Assembly: GCA_023267435.1 (NCBI GenBank)
Contig: JAHFNH010000002.1
Location: 4,219-68,218, forward strand
Reading direction: 5' to 3'
Source: Candidatus Nomurabacteria bacterium
GTDB lineage: Bacteria > Patescibacteriota > Minisyncoccia > Phycocordibacterales > UBA9973
DNA length: 64,000 bases
Positions 1-10,615 of the stretch are shown one piece after another; the first letter of the stretch is position 1; each line of letters starts with the position of its first letter. The notes under the pieces were generated by a model. It did not search any database, was not told the DNA's origin, and worked only from the letters and a program-made list of their open reading frames with translations. Both the position numbers and the translations under genes were made by a program.

Positions 1-31
1 TCCTTTTCTCGAGTTAGTGTATTGTAGAATT

Positions 32-940
32 TTAAAGCCATTTTTTTAATCTAAAGAAAATAAAGGTGATGGTACTGGTTAAAAGCATTGCGCCCAATAT
101 TATATAAAAATCATTGTAAGTTTTGATAAGAGTGAAATCTGTATTCATCATAAAAATACTTGCGATAACTGTCACTGGAGTGAGGAGAAATGTGATTATT
201 GTCAGTATTCTCATTGTTTCATTTGTTTTAGAGGAAAGAAGGGAATCATTCGTTTCGCGTAGGTCTGTCAGAACATCTCGATGATTTTCCAAGATACTTT
301 TTATTTTATTATATTCACCTAGGATAGATTCAAGATAGAATGAAAATTCTGGTTCGAAGAATTTTTTTCCAGCTGTCTCGAAAGATTTCAACGTATCATA
401 ATGAAAACGTATAGATTGTCTGTAATCAATGAGATGTTTATTTAAATTAGAAATTGTTCTGACTGTCTCTGCTTCTTTACCTTCAAATATGTCGCGCTCT
501 ATTTTCTTTAGATCAGGATTAAATGAATCTAATTCTGTCATTACATTTTTATAAAGCTGTTTGATGATGTGGTAAAAAAGATGTCCCGCATGATTACCCA
601 TAGTATTTTTATCAAGCAAAGCATTCGCTTCGAATTTCTTGAAAAATTCATGCAGTGGATTTACTAATTCGTAATGTATTGTTATTAGAAAATTTTTGCC
701 GATTACGAAGTCTATTTCTTGTTCAGAAGCATTTTTTTTATGGTGATTGACAGGGAAGTGAAGAACCAAGAAGATTAAATCTTTATAAAGATCTACTTTC
801 GAGCGGACTGTTTCGGAAATAAATTCTTCGGCTACTAATTCGGGAATCGAGAATTCTTCAACTAAATGAGCAACCTCTTCTGGCGTGGGAGATTGTAAAT
901 CAACCCAGGTAATGTTGTTAAATGTGTATTTTGAAATCAT
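32..940 (-). CDS. corA: CorA-family Mg2+/Co2+ transporter
   Basis: 302 aa. The C-terminus has two TM helices bracketing 'FMMNTDF', a GMN-type motif variant; the soluble N-terminal domain is typical of CorA. Confidence 0.7.
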   Translation of the reverse strand: MISKYTFNNITWVDLQSPTPEEVAHLVEEFSIPELVAEEFISETVRSKVDLYKDLIFLVLHFPVNHHKKNASEQEIDFVIGKNFLITIHYELVNPLHEFFKKFEANALLDKNTMGNHAGHLFYHIIKQLYKNVMTELDSFNPDLKKIERDIFEGKEAETVRTISNLNKHLIDYRQSIRFHYDTLKSFETAGKKFFEPEFSFYLESILGEYNKIKSILENHRDVLTDLRETNDSLLSSKTNETMRILTIITFLLTPVTVIASIFMMNTDFTLIKTYNDFYIILGAMLLTSTITFIFFRLKKWL

Positions 941-1000
941 ATTAGTAGATTATAGCAAGAATACTTGCTTTTTTACAAATTCTCGTATAATATAGAACCT

Positions 1001-1318
1001 ATGGAATTTGCAGTTATACAAACAGGCGGAAAACAATATAAAGTCTCTAAAGGGGATCTTTTTTCCACCGAGAAAATGAAAGGGGAATATAAGAAAGGGG
1101 ACAAAGTTTCCTTTGATAAAGTTCTTCTAGTTGATGATGGGAAAGACACCACTATTGGCACTCCTTACATTTCAGGTGCGAAAGTTGATGCAGAACTTAT
1201 CGAAATCGGACGCACACGCAAGGTTATGGTTATTAAATATAAACAGAAATCTCGTTACCTCCGCCGAAATGGTCACCGCCAGCCTTACTTTAAATTTAAA
1301 ATACTTTCTATTGCTTAA
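1001..1318 (+). CDS. rplU: 50S ribosomal protein L21
   Basis: 'MEFAVIQTGGKQYKVSKGD...' matches the L21 N-terminal signature. I moved the start to the internal ATG at 1001; the ORF-track start at 965 adds a non-conserved leader. Confidence 0.85.
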   Translation: MEFAVIQTGGKQYKVSKGDLFSTEKMKGEYKKGDKVSFDKVLLVDDGKDTTIGTPYISGAKVDAELIEIGRTRKVMVIKYKQKSRYLRRNGHRQPYFKFKILSIA

Positions 1319-1328
1319 TAAATAAAAA

Positions 1329-1359
1329 ATCCTTCGCCAACTGGCGGAGGATTTTTTAT
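1329..1359 (+). terminator. Rho-independent terminator after rplU
   Basis: Hairpin atccttcgcc-aact-ggcggaggat (10 bp, one G·U) followed by TTTTTTA. Confidence 0.7.
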
Positions 1360-1454
1360 TGTACTTATACTTGACTTATAAGTAAGTTATATGATATAGT
1401 ATATCAAATAAAACTTTGATAAATCAATAACTAAAACTTATAGGAGGAAGTAAA

Positions 1455-1724
1455 ATGAAAACAAAAAATTATTTGGAAGCTTTTGGAACAATAAATTTAA
1501 CTTTAGCTATAATAGGATTATGTTTTTCGCAAATTATGTTTATTCCCAATATGGAAAGTACATCACAAAAACTTTCGGAAGTTAGCTTGCGAGAATTTGA
1601 AATGCTTATTGAATATATTGTTGCCAACTTTTCGAAAGCTTTCCTTTGCTTAATTGGAATGCTTGGAGCTATGAATGGTATGTTTTCGTTCTTTGTACGC
1701 TTCGATTGGAAAAGTCTTCACTAA
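1455..1724 (+). CDS. Small hypothetical membrane protein
   Basis: 89 aa, two hydrophobic segments, no recognisable motif. It sits in an intergenic gap, preceded by the AGGAGG at 1442. Confidence 0.35.
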   Translation: MKTKNYLEAFGTINLTLAIIGLCFSQIMFIPNMESTSQKLSEVSLREFEMLIEYIVANFSKAFLCLIGMLGAMNGMFSFFVRFDWKSLH

Positions 1725-1776
1725 TGTTTTACTAAACATCAAAGCTATTTATAGAAATATAAATAGCTTTTTTATT

Positions 1777-2406
1777 TTACCCACGATTTTTTAGGGCGTT
1801 TTTGAGAGTTTCATTATCAGAGTATTCGAGTTCGGTACCAGTAGAGAGTCCACGGCCTAATGATGAAATTTTTATATTTAATGAATCGGTAATATCTTTT
1901 AATTGTTGTCTGATATAAAAATCAGTATGGTCACCTTGAGGACTCAACGAAAAAGCTAAAATAATTTCTTGCAGATTATTTTCTTTGCCATTTTTAGCAC
2001 CTTCTTTTATTTTTTCTATAAGTTCATTTATGCGTATTCTGCTTTTGGTAGTTTTTTCAACGATTGGTACGAGTCCACCTAAGACAAAATATTTTCCATG
2101 ATAGGTGCGACTTTTTTTAATACTTTCCAAATCAGAATCTTTTTCGACAATCATTAAAGTAGACGCATCAGTCGAAGGGTTGATACATATTTCACATAAT
2201 TTTTCTTTATTTGGATTTAAAACAAAAAATTTAAAACAATCTTTACATTGCGAAACTTCTTTTTTTAAATCTAAAATAAGTTGAGATAAATTTTCTGCAT
2301 AATTTGGATTTCGAGACATTAAAAAATAAACAAAACGTTTTGCTTGTCTTTCACCGATACCAGGGAATTCTTTAAAAATTTCAGTTAATTGTTCTGAAGT
2401 GTCCAT
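1777..2406 (-). CDS. recR: Recombination protein RecR
   Basis: HhH segment 'FPGIGERQAKRFVYFL', the C4 zinc finger 'CKDC...CEIC', and a Toprim C-terminal domain. Confidence 0.85.
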   Translation of the reverse strand: MDTSEQLTEIFKEFPGIGERQAKRFVYFLMSRNPNYAENLSQLILDLKKEVSQCKDCFKFFVLNPNKEKLCEICINPSTDASTLMIVEKDSDLESIKKSRTYHGKYFVLGGLVPIVEKTTKSRIRINELIEKIKEGAKNGKENNLQEIILAFSLSPQGDHTDFYIRQQLKDITDSLNIKISSLGRGLSTGTELEYSDNETLKNALKNRG

Positions 2407-2418
2407 CTTATTAGAAAA

Positions 2419-3819
2419 TTAAAATTCACTTAAACTATCACCCATATTCGATGGAGTAAATTCGCTCAGGCTACTCTTTTCCAGATTTAAGAATGTTGTA
2501 GTTTTTTCGTCGAAGTAAAGTTCAACTTTTCCAACAGGTCCATTTCTGTGTTTTTCAACTAGAATTTCAGCGATGTTTGTTTTTTCAGATTCATCTTTAC
2601 CTTTATCTTCACGGTGAATAAACATAACAACATCCGCGTCTTGTTCAATAGAGCCTGAGTCACGAAGGTCTGAAAGTCTTGGTTTGCCTCCACGGGACTC
2701 CACGGCACGAGAAAGTTGGGAAAGAGCCAATACTGGCACGTTGAGCTCTTTGGCTAGACTCTTTAAAGATCTTGAAATTTCTGTTACTTGGTTGACCATC
2801 GAGTCGTAATTTTTGGAAGTAGTCATGAGTTGCAAGTAATCCACAACAATAAGATCTAAACCTTTTTCTGCTTTCAGTCTTCTTGCTAATGCTTTCATCC
2901 GTACAATAGAGTTTCCAGCTTGATCGTCGATATACATTTTTGCTTTTGCGAGCTTGTCTAATGAATCACGTAAATGTGAAAAATCTCTATCGGAAGATAA
3001 ATTTCCCGTACGCAAATTCCAAGCGTTCACTCGTGATTGAGCTGAGAGCATTCTATCGACTAATTGTTGAGAAGACATTTCTAAGGAAAATATTAAAACT
3101 GATTTGTCGTGCACAGTAGAAGCCATGCGAGCCATATCCAATGCTAAAGTAGTTTTACCGACACTGGGTCGTGCAGCAAGGATTATTAAATCTTGATTTT
3201 GAAGTCCAGAGAGGAGATTGTCTAAATCTCGAAAGCCGGTAGGTATTCCACGAAGCATTCCTTTTGTCTCGTGCAATTTTTCTAATCTTTCATACGCTTC
3301 AGGTAATTCATCTTTCAAGCTGACAAATTTTTGACTCTTTGGTGAAGAAACAACACTAAACATTTTTTTCTCCGCCATATCTAAAATATCATCCATGTGA
3401 TCGTCGCCTTCTTCAAAAGCGAGTTCGGAAACATAATCCGCGGCTTCGATCAAACTTCTCAATACATATTTTTTCTGAACTAGTTCAGCGTAGTGTTTGG
3501 CATTTGTAGAAGAAGGAACAATGTTTACTATTTCTGCGAGATATTGGTTGCCTCCGATATTCTCGAGTAATTTTTGTTCACCAAGTTTTGTAGACAAAGA
3601 AAGCATGTCTATCGGTTCATTTTTTGAAGATAGATCAAGCATCGCATTGAAAATTATTTTATGTTTTTCTGCATAAAAAGAATCAGGATTGATGACATCT
3701 TCTATTTCATGCATAGCTTCTTTACGAAGCATAATAGATCCAAGTACGGCTTTTTCGGATTCAATATTTTGGGGAGGAATGCGAATTTCATTTTTCTTTG
3801 TTTTTATCATTAGTGCCAT
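2419..3819 (-). CDS. dnaB: Replicative DNA helicase DnaB
   Basis: 466 aa. N-terminal DnaB domain, Walker A 'ARPSVGKTTLALDMA', and the RecA-like C-terminal motifs (IFSLEMS, LSDLRDSGSIEQDADVV). Confidence 0.85.
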   Translation of the reverse strand: MALMIKTKKNEIRIPPQNIESEKAVLGSIMLRKEAMHEIEDVINPDSFYAEKHKIIFNAMLDLSSKNEPIDMLSLSTKLGEQKLLENIGGNQYLAEIVNIVPSSTNAKHYAELVQKKYVLRSLIEAADYVSELAFEEGDDHMDDILDMAEKKMFSVVSSPKSQKFVSLKDELPEAYERLEKLHETKGMLRGIPTGFRDLDNLLSGLQNQDLIILAARPSVGKTTLALDMARMASTVHDKSVLIFSLEMSSQQLVDRMLSAQSRVNAWNLRTGNLSSDRDFSHLRDSLDKLAKAKMYIDDQAGNSIVRMKALARRLKAEKGLDLIVVDYLQLMTTSKNYDSMVNQVTEISRSLKSLAKELNVPVLALSQLSRAVESRGGKPRLSDLRDSGSIEQDADVVMFIHREDKGKDESEKTNIAEILVEKHRNGPVGKVELYFDEKTTTFLNLEKSSLSEFTPSNMGDSLSEF

Positions 3820-3924
3820 TCTAGCACAGCGATGAAATAGTCAAAAATATAAAAAGTGGGCAAAACTGTTACTAAAATGGGGAAATCATCTGCATCATAT
3901 AAAATATGTGTTATAATGGCAAAC

Positions 3925-4875
3925 ATGACAAAAAAGATATTATTATCCGGAATTCAGCCTTCAGGCAAACCACATATAGGTAATTATTTTGGAGCGATGA
4001 AACAATTTGTGGATTTGCAGGATCAATATGAAAGCTATGTCTTTATAGCTGATTATCATGCTCTGCATTCTTTAAGAAATGCAAAGGAAATGAGAGAAAA
4101 TATAATTGGTGTAATGCTTGATTATTTGGCTATTGGCCTTGATCCAGAAAAGGTGACTATTTTTAAACAGTCAGATGTTTCAGAACATACAGAGCTTTGT
4201 TGGATTTTCGATACTATTACAACTATGCCGTATCTTATGAGAGCTCACGCTTTCAAAGATGCTGAGGCAAAAAATAAAGAGATTGATGTCGGTACATTTA
4301 ATTATCCTGTTTTAATGGCAGCTGATATTTTATTATATAGTCCTGATATTGTGCCTGTTGGACAAGATCAGCAACAGCATGTCGAGATCGCTCGTGATAT
4401 TGCTCTTAAATTTAATAATACTTACGGTGATACATTTAAAATACCAGAGCATAAAATAATTAAAAACGTCGCTGTTGTTCCGGGTGTTGATGGGAGGAAA
4501 ATGTCTAAAAGCTATAAAAACACAATTCCACTTTTTGCTGATTATGAAGAAATAAAAAAGTGCGTGATGTCTATTGTGACAGATTCAAGCGGAGAGTTAC
4601 CAATAAATGTTTATTCTATTCATAAACTTTTCCGAGATGAAAAAGAATTAGAAAAAATTTACGAAGAAAAGAAAGGAAAATATAAAGAATTAAAAGAACT
4701 ACTTTTAGAGGATATAGAAAAATTTATTGCCCCGCTTCGTGAACGCAGGAAAGAATTTGAAAAGGATAAATCAAAAGTTCTAGAAATATTAAAAAAGGGA
4801 GCAGAGAAAGCTAAAAATATTTCTTCTAAAAAAATGGATTTAGTCAGAGAAAGAATAGGGGTTAAATTAGATTAA
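3925..4875 (+). CDS. trpS: Tryptophan--tRNA ligase
   Basis: Class I aaRS with HIGH-like 'PSGKPHIGNYFGA', 'KMSKS', and the conserved 'GQDQQQH' motif. Start placed at the internal Met of 'MTKKILLSGIQPSG'. Confidence 0.85.
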   Translation: MTKKILLSGIQPSGKPHIGNYFGAMKQFVDLQDQYESYVFIADYHALHSLRNAKEMRENIIGVMLDYLAIGLDPEKVTIFKQSDVSEHTELCWIFDTITTMPYLMRAHAFKDAEAKNKEIDVGTFNYPVLMAADILLYSPDIVPVGQDQQQHVEIARDIALKFNNTYGDTFKIPEHKIIKNVAVVPGVDGRKMSKSYKNTIPLFADYEEIKKCVMSIVTDSSGELPINVYSIHKLFRDEKELEKIYEEKKGKYKELKELLLEDIEKFIAPLRERRKEFEKDKSKVLEILKKGAEKAKNISSKKMDLVRERIGVKLD

Positions 4876-4893
4876 AAAAATAAATAATAAATT

Positions 4894-6225
4894 ATGCAAA
4901 ATAGAACATATATTAAAGATTTAGATAAAAAGGTTGGAGAAGAAGTTATTTTGGCTGGATGGGTAGATGTCCGTCGAGATCAGGGTAAAATGGTATTTTT
5001 TGATTTTCGCGATATGAGCGGCAAGATTCAATGTGTTACTTTGCCAGCCAGCGAAGCCATCACTCTAGCTAAAGAAATTCGTCCAGAATGGGTTTTGAAA
5101 ATTACAGGAAAAGTAAATGCTCGTCCAGAAAAAAATGTAAATAAAGAAATGCAGAATGGAACTATTGAGCTTGAAGTTTTAACTATTGAAGTTTTGGCTC
5201 AAGCTGCACCGCTTCCTTTCGATATGTCCCTCGAAGGATACAATCTAGATCTTGTTACAGAATTAGAAAATAGAGCATTAGCAATCAGACATCCAAAAAA
5301 TCAAGCAATATTTAAAATTCAAGAAACCGTCATAGATGCTTTCAGGGAATTTATGAAACAAAATAAGTTTTTTGAATTTCAGGCTCCAAGCATAGTGCCC
5401 GCTACGGCAGAAGGCGGAGCAGAAGTATTTCAAATTAATTATTTTGACAAAAAAGCTTTTCTTTCACAATCTCCACAATTATATAAACAAATAGTGATGA
5501 CAGCATTTGAAAGATGTTTTTCTGTAAACAAGGTTTTTCGCGCAGAACCTAGTACCACTACTCGTCATTTAACAGAAGTAGTTTCTCTTGATGCTGAAAT
5601 GGCATTTATTGATAGTTGGAAAGACGTGCGTGATATGGCAGAAGGTACGATTAAATATATTTTGGCACAAATAAAAGAAAGAAATGCAGAGCATTTGAAG
5701 ATTTTAAAAGTAGAACTGCCAGAAATGATAGATTATACGCCTACAATGTCATTGACTGAAGCTCATCAAAAAATATTTGAAGTTTACGGAAGAGATAATA
5801 GAGGAGATAAAGATTTAAGTTCTCAGGACGAAGTTGAAATTTGTGAAATTGTTAAAAAAGAGACTGGTTCTGATTTTGTGTTTGTTTATGGTTACCCAAC
5901 ACGTCAAAAACCATTTTATGTTTTTCCAAATGAAGAAAATCCAGAATTTAATGAAGGAGTAGACTTAGTTTGTCGTGGACGCGAGTTATTAAGTGGCGGA
6001 AGAAGAATAAATAAATACGATCAGCTTATGGATCATGTAAAAATATGGAATATGGATCCGAATAAGATAAAAATGTTCTTGGATGCATTTAAATATGGAG
6101 CTCCACCCGAAGGAGGTTTCGCTTTCGGTGCAGAACGCATCACAATGCAATTCCTAAATCTAGCAAACGTCCGCGAAGCGTGTATGTTTCCTCGTGATAT
6201 GAATAGAATTGATGAAAGTTTATAA
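4894..6225 (+). CDS. aspS: Aspartate--tRNA ligase, archaeal/short type (possibly non-discriminating)
   Basis: Class II motifs 'QSPQLYKQ', 'FRAEPSTTTRHLTEV' and 'GGFAFGAERITMQFL'; N-terminal OB fold. An AsnRS assignment cannot be excluded without a search. Confidence 0.7.
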   Translation: MQNRTYIKDLDKKVGEEVILAGWVDVRRDQGKMVFFDFRDMSGKIQCVTLPASEAITLAKEIRPEWVLKITGKVNARPEKNVNKEMQNGTIELEVLTIEVLAQAAPLPFDMSLEGYNLDLVTELENRALAIRHPKNQAIFKIQETVIDAFREFMKQNKFFEFQAPSIVPATAEGGAEVFQINYFDKKAFLSQSPQLYKQIVMTAFERCFSVNKVFRAEPSTTTRHLTEVVSLDAEMAFIDSWKDVRDMAEGTIKYILAQIKERNAEHLKILKVELPEMIDYTPTMSLTEAHQKIFEVYGRDNRGDKDLSSQDEVEICEIVKKETGSDFVFVYGYPTRQKPFYVFPNEENPEFNEGVDLVCRGRELLSGGRRINKYDQLMDHVKIWNMDPNKIKMFLDAFKYGAPPEGGFAFGAERITMQFLNLANVREACMFPRDMNRIDESL

Positions 6226-6232
6226 AAACTAA

Positions 6233-6985
6233 ATGGAAGAAATTTTAGAAAATTCTTATACAGTAAAAACAACAGGTTTTGAAGGGCCTTTTAATTTACT
6301 TTTACATTTAATCGAAGCACGAAAGCTTTTTATAAATGAAATTTCTTTATCCCAGGTAACAGAAGATTATATTCAGTATATGAAAAATTTAGGCGGATTA
6401 ACTCCCGCTGAAATTTCCAGTTTTATTGTTGTCGCAGCGACTTTGATTCTAATTAAATCTAAATCTCTTTTACCGAATATGAATCTAACTTCTGAAGAAG
6501 AGAGCGATATAAAAAATCTGGAAGACAGGTTGCGTTTATATGAACTTTATATGAGACTTTCTGGAAATGTAAAAGAAAAATTTGGAAAAAAAATAATCTT
6601 TGCACCGTTAGAAAGAAAAAATGAAACATTGGTATTTTTACCTGACGATCAAATTAATAAAGAAAGCATGATGCAATTTGCTCGTGATGCTTTGGTCAGA
6701 ATTCCTAAAAAAGTTTTTTTGCCGGAAGTAGAAATAAAAAAAGTTATCAGTATTGAAGAAATGATCGATAAATTAACAGATAGAATTCAAAATTCTTTAA
6801 AAATGAATTTTAGAGATTTTGCCGGTTCGGCAAAAAATCGAGAAGAAAAGGTAGTTGTAATTGTTGGATTTCTTGCTATGCTTGAATTAGTCAGACAGGG
6901 AATATTGAATGTGACGCAGGATGATAATTTTGACTCGATTATTATTGAAAAACAAACTTTAATAATTAACGAAGATTTTATATAA
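6233..6985 (+). CDS. scpA: Segregation and condensation protein A
   Basis: N-terminal 'FEGPFNLLLHLIEARKL' is the ScpA signature, and the gene is followed by scpB. Confidence 0.75.
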   Translation: MEEILENSYTVKTTGFEGPFNLLLHLIEARKLFINEISLSQVTEDYIQYMKNLGGLTPAEISSFIVVAATLILIKSKSLLPNMNLTSEEESDIKNLEDRLRLYELYMRLSGNVKEKFGKKIIFAPLERKNETLVFLPDDQINKESMMQFARDALVRIPKKVFLPEVEIKKVISIEEMIDKLTDRIQNSLKMNFRDFAGSAKNREEKVVVIVGFLAMLELVRQGILNVTQDDNFDSIIIEKQTLIINEDFI

Positions 6986-6989
6986 ATTT

Positions 6990-7556
6990 ATGGACTTAGA
7001 ATCAAAAATCGAAGCGATACTTTTTTGGAAAGGAGAACCTGTCTCTGTAAATTGGCTTGTCAATACTTTAAAAGTTTCAAAAGACGAGATTGCTTCAGCA
7101 ATTGTAAATCTTACAGAAAAATTATCTGGCAGGGGGATAGTGTTGCTGGCGCGCGAAGGTGAAATAACTCTCGGTACAAATCCAGAATTTTCGAGTTTAA
7201 TTGAATCAATGCAAAAAGAAGAATTAAATAAAGACCTTTCAAAATCAAGCTTGGAAACATTATCGATTGTGCTTTACAAGAATGGAGTGAGCCGAGCTGA
7301 GATCGATTATATCAGAGGAGTGAATTCAAGTTTCATATTGCGAGCCTTGTCAGTGCGTGGATTGGTAGAAAAGACAATTGATTCGAAGGATAGCCGACGT
7401 TACATTTACAAACCGACATTTGAATTATTGTCTTATATGGGAATAAAATCTACTGAAGAGTTACCTGATTTCAATGAAGTAAATAGTTCGATTGAAAGTG
7501 CAGCAGAAAATCTTGAAGAAGAATTAAAAAATGAAGCAAATGGAACAGCTGTATAA
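6990..7556 (+). CDS. scpB: Segregation and condensation protein B
   Basis: 'IEAILFWKGEPVSV' winged-helix ScpB signature, immediately downstream of scpA. Confidence 0.7.
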   Translation: MDLESKIEAILFWKGEPVSVNWLVNTLKVSKDEIASAIVNLTEKLSGRGIVLLAREGEITLGTNPEFSSLIESMQKEELNKDLSKSSLETLSIVLYKNGVSRAEIDYIRGVNSSFILRALSVRGLVEKTIDSKDSRRYIYKPTFELLSYMGIKSTEELPDFNEVNSSIESAAENLEEELKNEANGTAV

Positions 7557-8415
7557 CAAAAATTATTTTTTATTTTTTATTCTCATTATTCTTGCCCTAG
7601 AGGCAAGTTTGTTTTTTATCGGAAATAATAAATTAAATACTTCATTTCTGAACGAAGAAAATAAAATAGTACAAATACAAAATATGCTTGCCAGTGTTCC
7701 TGTTCAAGCAAAAGCATATTCTGTTTACGACATAACTTTAAATAGAGAATTATATGGCAAAGACCAAAACGAAATGCTACCATTTGCTTCTCTTGCAAAA
7801 ACCATGACAGTGCTGATAGCTCTTGCTGATCATGAGCCAGGTTCTATCTTGATTATATCTCAAAATGCTATAAATCAAGACGGAGATTATGGATTTTTTA
7901 TTAATGAAAAATGGAAGATAGAAGATCTTGCAAAGTTTACATTGGTAGGTTCTGTGAATGATGGAGCTTATGCTCTTTCTGAAAACAAATCTGATTTTAT
8001 AGAAAGAATGAATATTAAAGCTAGAAAAATTGGCATGGAAAATGCTTTATTTTTAAATTCTACCGGTTTGGATATTGATGGAGAAAAAGCAGGAGCTTAT
8101 GCATCTGCATTAGATGCTAATATCATGGCTATTTATGCTTTAAAGGCACATCCAGAAATTTTCAGTGCGACAGTATTACCTGAAATAAATTTAAAATCTG
8201 AGTCCGGTTCTAATCACGACATAAGAAATACTGATCTTGTTTTACATAAAATTCCAAATTTATATTTTTCTAAAACTGGATTTACCAGTCTAGCTGGAGG
8301 TAATCTGACTATAATTTTTAGAAACAAAGAAGGTCATATGATTGCTATAACCGTACTTGGTTCCACACTAGATGGTCGTTTTTCAGATATGGAAAAATTA
8401 GTAAATACATTATAA
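7531..8415 (+). CDS. D-alanyl-D-alanine carboxypeptidase (S11, PBP5-like)
   Basis: SxxK 'SLAK', SxN 'SVN' and KTG 'KTGFTS' motifs in canonical order, plus an N-terminal TM anchor. Confidence 0.65.
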   Translation: MKQMEQLYNKNYFLFFILIILALEASLFFIGNNKLNTSFLNEENKIVQIQNMLASVPVQAKAYSVYDITLNRELYGKDQNEMLPFASLAKTMTVLIALADHEPGSILIISQNAINQDGDYGFFINEKWKIEDLAKFTLVGSVNDGAYALSENKSDFIERMNIKARKIGMENALFLNSTGLDIDGEKAGAYASALDANIMAIYALKAHPEIFSATVLPEINLKSESGSNHDIRNTDLVLHKIPNLYFSKTGFTSLAGGNLTIIFRNKEGHMIAITVLGSTLDGRFSDMEKLVNTL

Positions 8416-8438
8416 TAATTTATTGCTATAATATCAGT

Positions 8439-9494
8439 ATGATTCTAAATCTAGTTAAAATATTTTTGCCGACAACATTAGCCTTTTTCTTGGGTATTTT
8501 GATCACACCTGTTGCTACTCATTTTTTCTATAAATATAAAATGTGGAAAAGGCATTCCAGGGGAGATGTTGTTTCAAGTGATGATTTTAAAAAGATTCAT
8601 AATAGAGAAAATGAATTAAAAACTCCCAGAGTGGGAGGTATCGTAGTCTGGGTATCAGTTTTAGTAACGACACTTTGTTTTTTTGTTGTTTCAATTTTAT
8701 TTCCATCAGATATAACTTTCAAAATGAATTTTTTAAGCAGGAATCAAACATTAATTCCTTTTTTTACTCTACTTTTGGGGTCTTTGATTGGACTTGCGGA
8801 TGACTTAATGCAAATATATGGAACCGGCAAAATATCGCATGATGATAAATCTTGGCGTAAAACAAAAGCTTTACTTGTCGGTCTACTTTCGCTTTTAGTA
8901 GCGATGTGGTTTTTCTATAAGCTTGGAATGCATGCCATTCATATTCCATTTGACGGTTTTTGGGAACTCGGAATCTTTTTCATACCCATTTTTATTGTTG
9001 TATCTTTGGCGACTTTTTCCGGAGGTGTGATCGATGGTATAGATGGACTTTCTGGAGGAGTATTGGCGTCGATTTTTTCAGCGTATGGAGCCATTGCTTT
9101 TGCGAATCACCAAATGGACTTAGCGGCCTTCTCAGGAGCGGTTACAGGGGCAATTTTGGCTTTTCTTTGGTTTAATATTCCGCCGGCAAGATTTTATATG
9201 GGAGAGACGGGTATTATGGGACTTACCATAACTCTGGCAACATTGGCATTTTTAACTGATTCAGTTCTAATTCTGCCTATTGTTGCACTGCCACTTGTAA
9301 TAACTTCATTATCTGTCATTTTACAAATTTCTTACAAAAAATTTACCGGCGGAAAAAAATTATTTAAACTCGCACCGATTCATCATCATTTTGAAGCTAT
9401 TGGTTGGCCATCTTATAAAGTCACAATGCGTTTTTGGATTTTGTCAGTTGTTTTTGCGATTATAGGCATAATTTTAGCAATTATTAGCCGATAG
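8439..9494 (+). CDS. mraY: Phospho-N-acetylmuramoyl-pentapeptide transferase
   Basis: Polytopic membrane protein with 'KTPRVGG' and the C-terminal 'APIHHHFEAIGW' signature. It lies in the dcw-type order mraY-ftsW-murG. Confidence 0.8.
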   Translation: MILNLVKIFLPTTLAFFLGILITPVATHFFYKYKMWKRHSRGDVVSSDDFKKIHNRENELKTPRVGGIVVWVSVLVTTLCFFVVSILFPSDITFKMNFLSRNQTLIPFFTLLLGSLIGLADDLMQIYGTGKISHDDKSWRKTKALLVGLLSLLVAMWFFYKLGMHAIHIPFDGFWELGIFFIPIFIVVSLATFSGGVIDGIDGLSGGVLASIFSAYGAIAFANHQMDLAAFSGAVTGAILAFLWFNIPPARFYMGETGIMGLTITLATLAFLTDSVLILPIVALPLVITSLSVILQISYKKFTGGKKLFKLAPIHHHFEAIGWPSYKVTMRFWILSVVFAIIGIILAIISR

Positions 9495-9499
9495 TAAAT

Positions 9500-10603
9500 A
9501 TGCGAGAAAAAAAACCAGATAAATTTTTATTGATAATAGTGTTTCTGTTAATTTTTATTGGAGCAGCTATGTTTATTTCTGCATCGCTCGGTATTCTCGC
9601 AAAAAATAGAGACATTTTTTATTCGATTCTTTTCAGTCAAATAGTTCTAGGTTTCGGTTTGGGATTTATTGGGATGTATTTAGCTCTAAAAATAGATTAT
9701 AAATTTTGGAGAAAAAATGCTTTTTATATTTTTTTAGGATCAATAATAGTAACAGGTTTAGTTTTTGTACCGCATGTAGGTTGGAATCACGGAGGAGCGA
9801 CTAGATGGATAAAATTAGGGCCTGTTTCATTTCAGCCTGCCGAATTGCTGAAATTCGGTTTTATTATTTATTTTGCTGCGTGGCTTTCTTGGGCAAAAAG
9901 CAGAGTACAAGATTTTAAATTTGGTATTTTGCCTTTGTGTGCAATGCTCACTATTATTGCTGTAATTCTATTGAAACAACCTGATACTAAAAGTTTTATT
10001 TTGATTACTGCCACCGGACTTTCAATGCTATTTATTTCCGGTGTTCCTGTAAAATATCTTTTTGGAGGGGGAGCAATTTTACTGGTTTTATTTGGATCTC
10101 TTGTTTTCTTTACTCCGTATTTAAGAAATCGAGTAAATACTTTTATAGATCCATCACAAGATCCTCGCGGAACATCTTATCAACTTCAACAATCACTCAT
10201 TGCGCTCGGTTCTGGCGGAATATTCGGGCGTGGTTTTGGTCAAAGCATACAAAAATTCAGTTACTTGCCAGAACCGCAAGGGGATTCTATTTTCGCAGTT
10301 ACAGGTGAAGAATTGGGCTTTGTTGGAACTGTAATAATAATATTGCTTTATTCTTTTTTTGCTTTGCGCGGATTGCGTATAGCCAATAATTCCCCGGATC
10401 TTTTTGGTAGACTTTTAGTCTCTGGAATTGTTATACTTATCACGTTGCAGTCGTTTATGAATATCGCTTCTATCACTGGGGTCTTTCCTTTGACGGGAGT
10501 GCCACTGGTGTTCATGAGCCAAGGAGGAACTTCGCTTATGATATATCTGGTGGCGATAGGAATTGTATTTCAAATATCAAAGTTTCAAAAACAAAGTGCT
10601 TAA
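9500..10603 (+). CDS. ftsW: SEDS-family peptidoglycan glycosyltransferase FtsW
   Basis: About 10 TM helices of the SEDS family; sits between mraY and murG. Confidence 0.7.
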   Translation: MREKKPDKFLLIIVFLLIFIGAAMFISASLGILAKNRDIFYSILFSQIVLGFGLGFIGMYLALKIDYKFWRKNAFYIFLGSIIVTGLVFVPHVGWNHGGATRWIKLGPVSFQPAELLKFGFIIYFAAWLSWAKSRVQDFKFGILPLCAMLTIIAVILLKQPDTKSFILITATGLSMLFISGVPVKYLFGGGAILLVLFGSLVFFTPYLRNRVNTFIDPSQDPRGTSYQLQQSLIALGSGGIFGRGFGQSIQKFSYLPEPQGDSIFAVTGEELGFVGTVIIILLYSFFALRGLRIANNSPDLFGRLLVSGIVILITLQSFMNIASITGVFPLTGVPLVFMSQGGTSLMIYLVAIGIVFQISKFQKQSA

Positions 10604-10615
10604 CAAATAAATCGC

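Noticed and set aside
973-1325. Antisense or alternative-frame small ORFs inside known genes (for example 973-1161, 1131-1325, 6033-6272, 11290-11508, 13146-13508, 39945-40376, 53857-54237, 60702-61198)
   Set aside because: These are shadow ORFs within high-confidence conserved genes (rplU, aspS, murG, gltX, gdhA, dnaX, topA). They are AT-rich, low-complexity translations with no motifs.
4894-6225. Asparagine--tRNA ligase instead of AspRS
   Set aside because: The QSPQLYKQ motif and the overall short archaeal-type architecture favour AspRS. This cannot be fully excluded without a database search.
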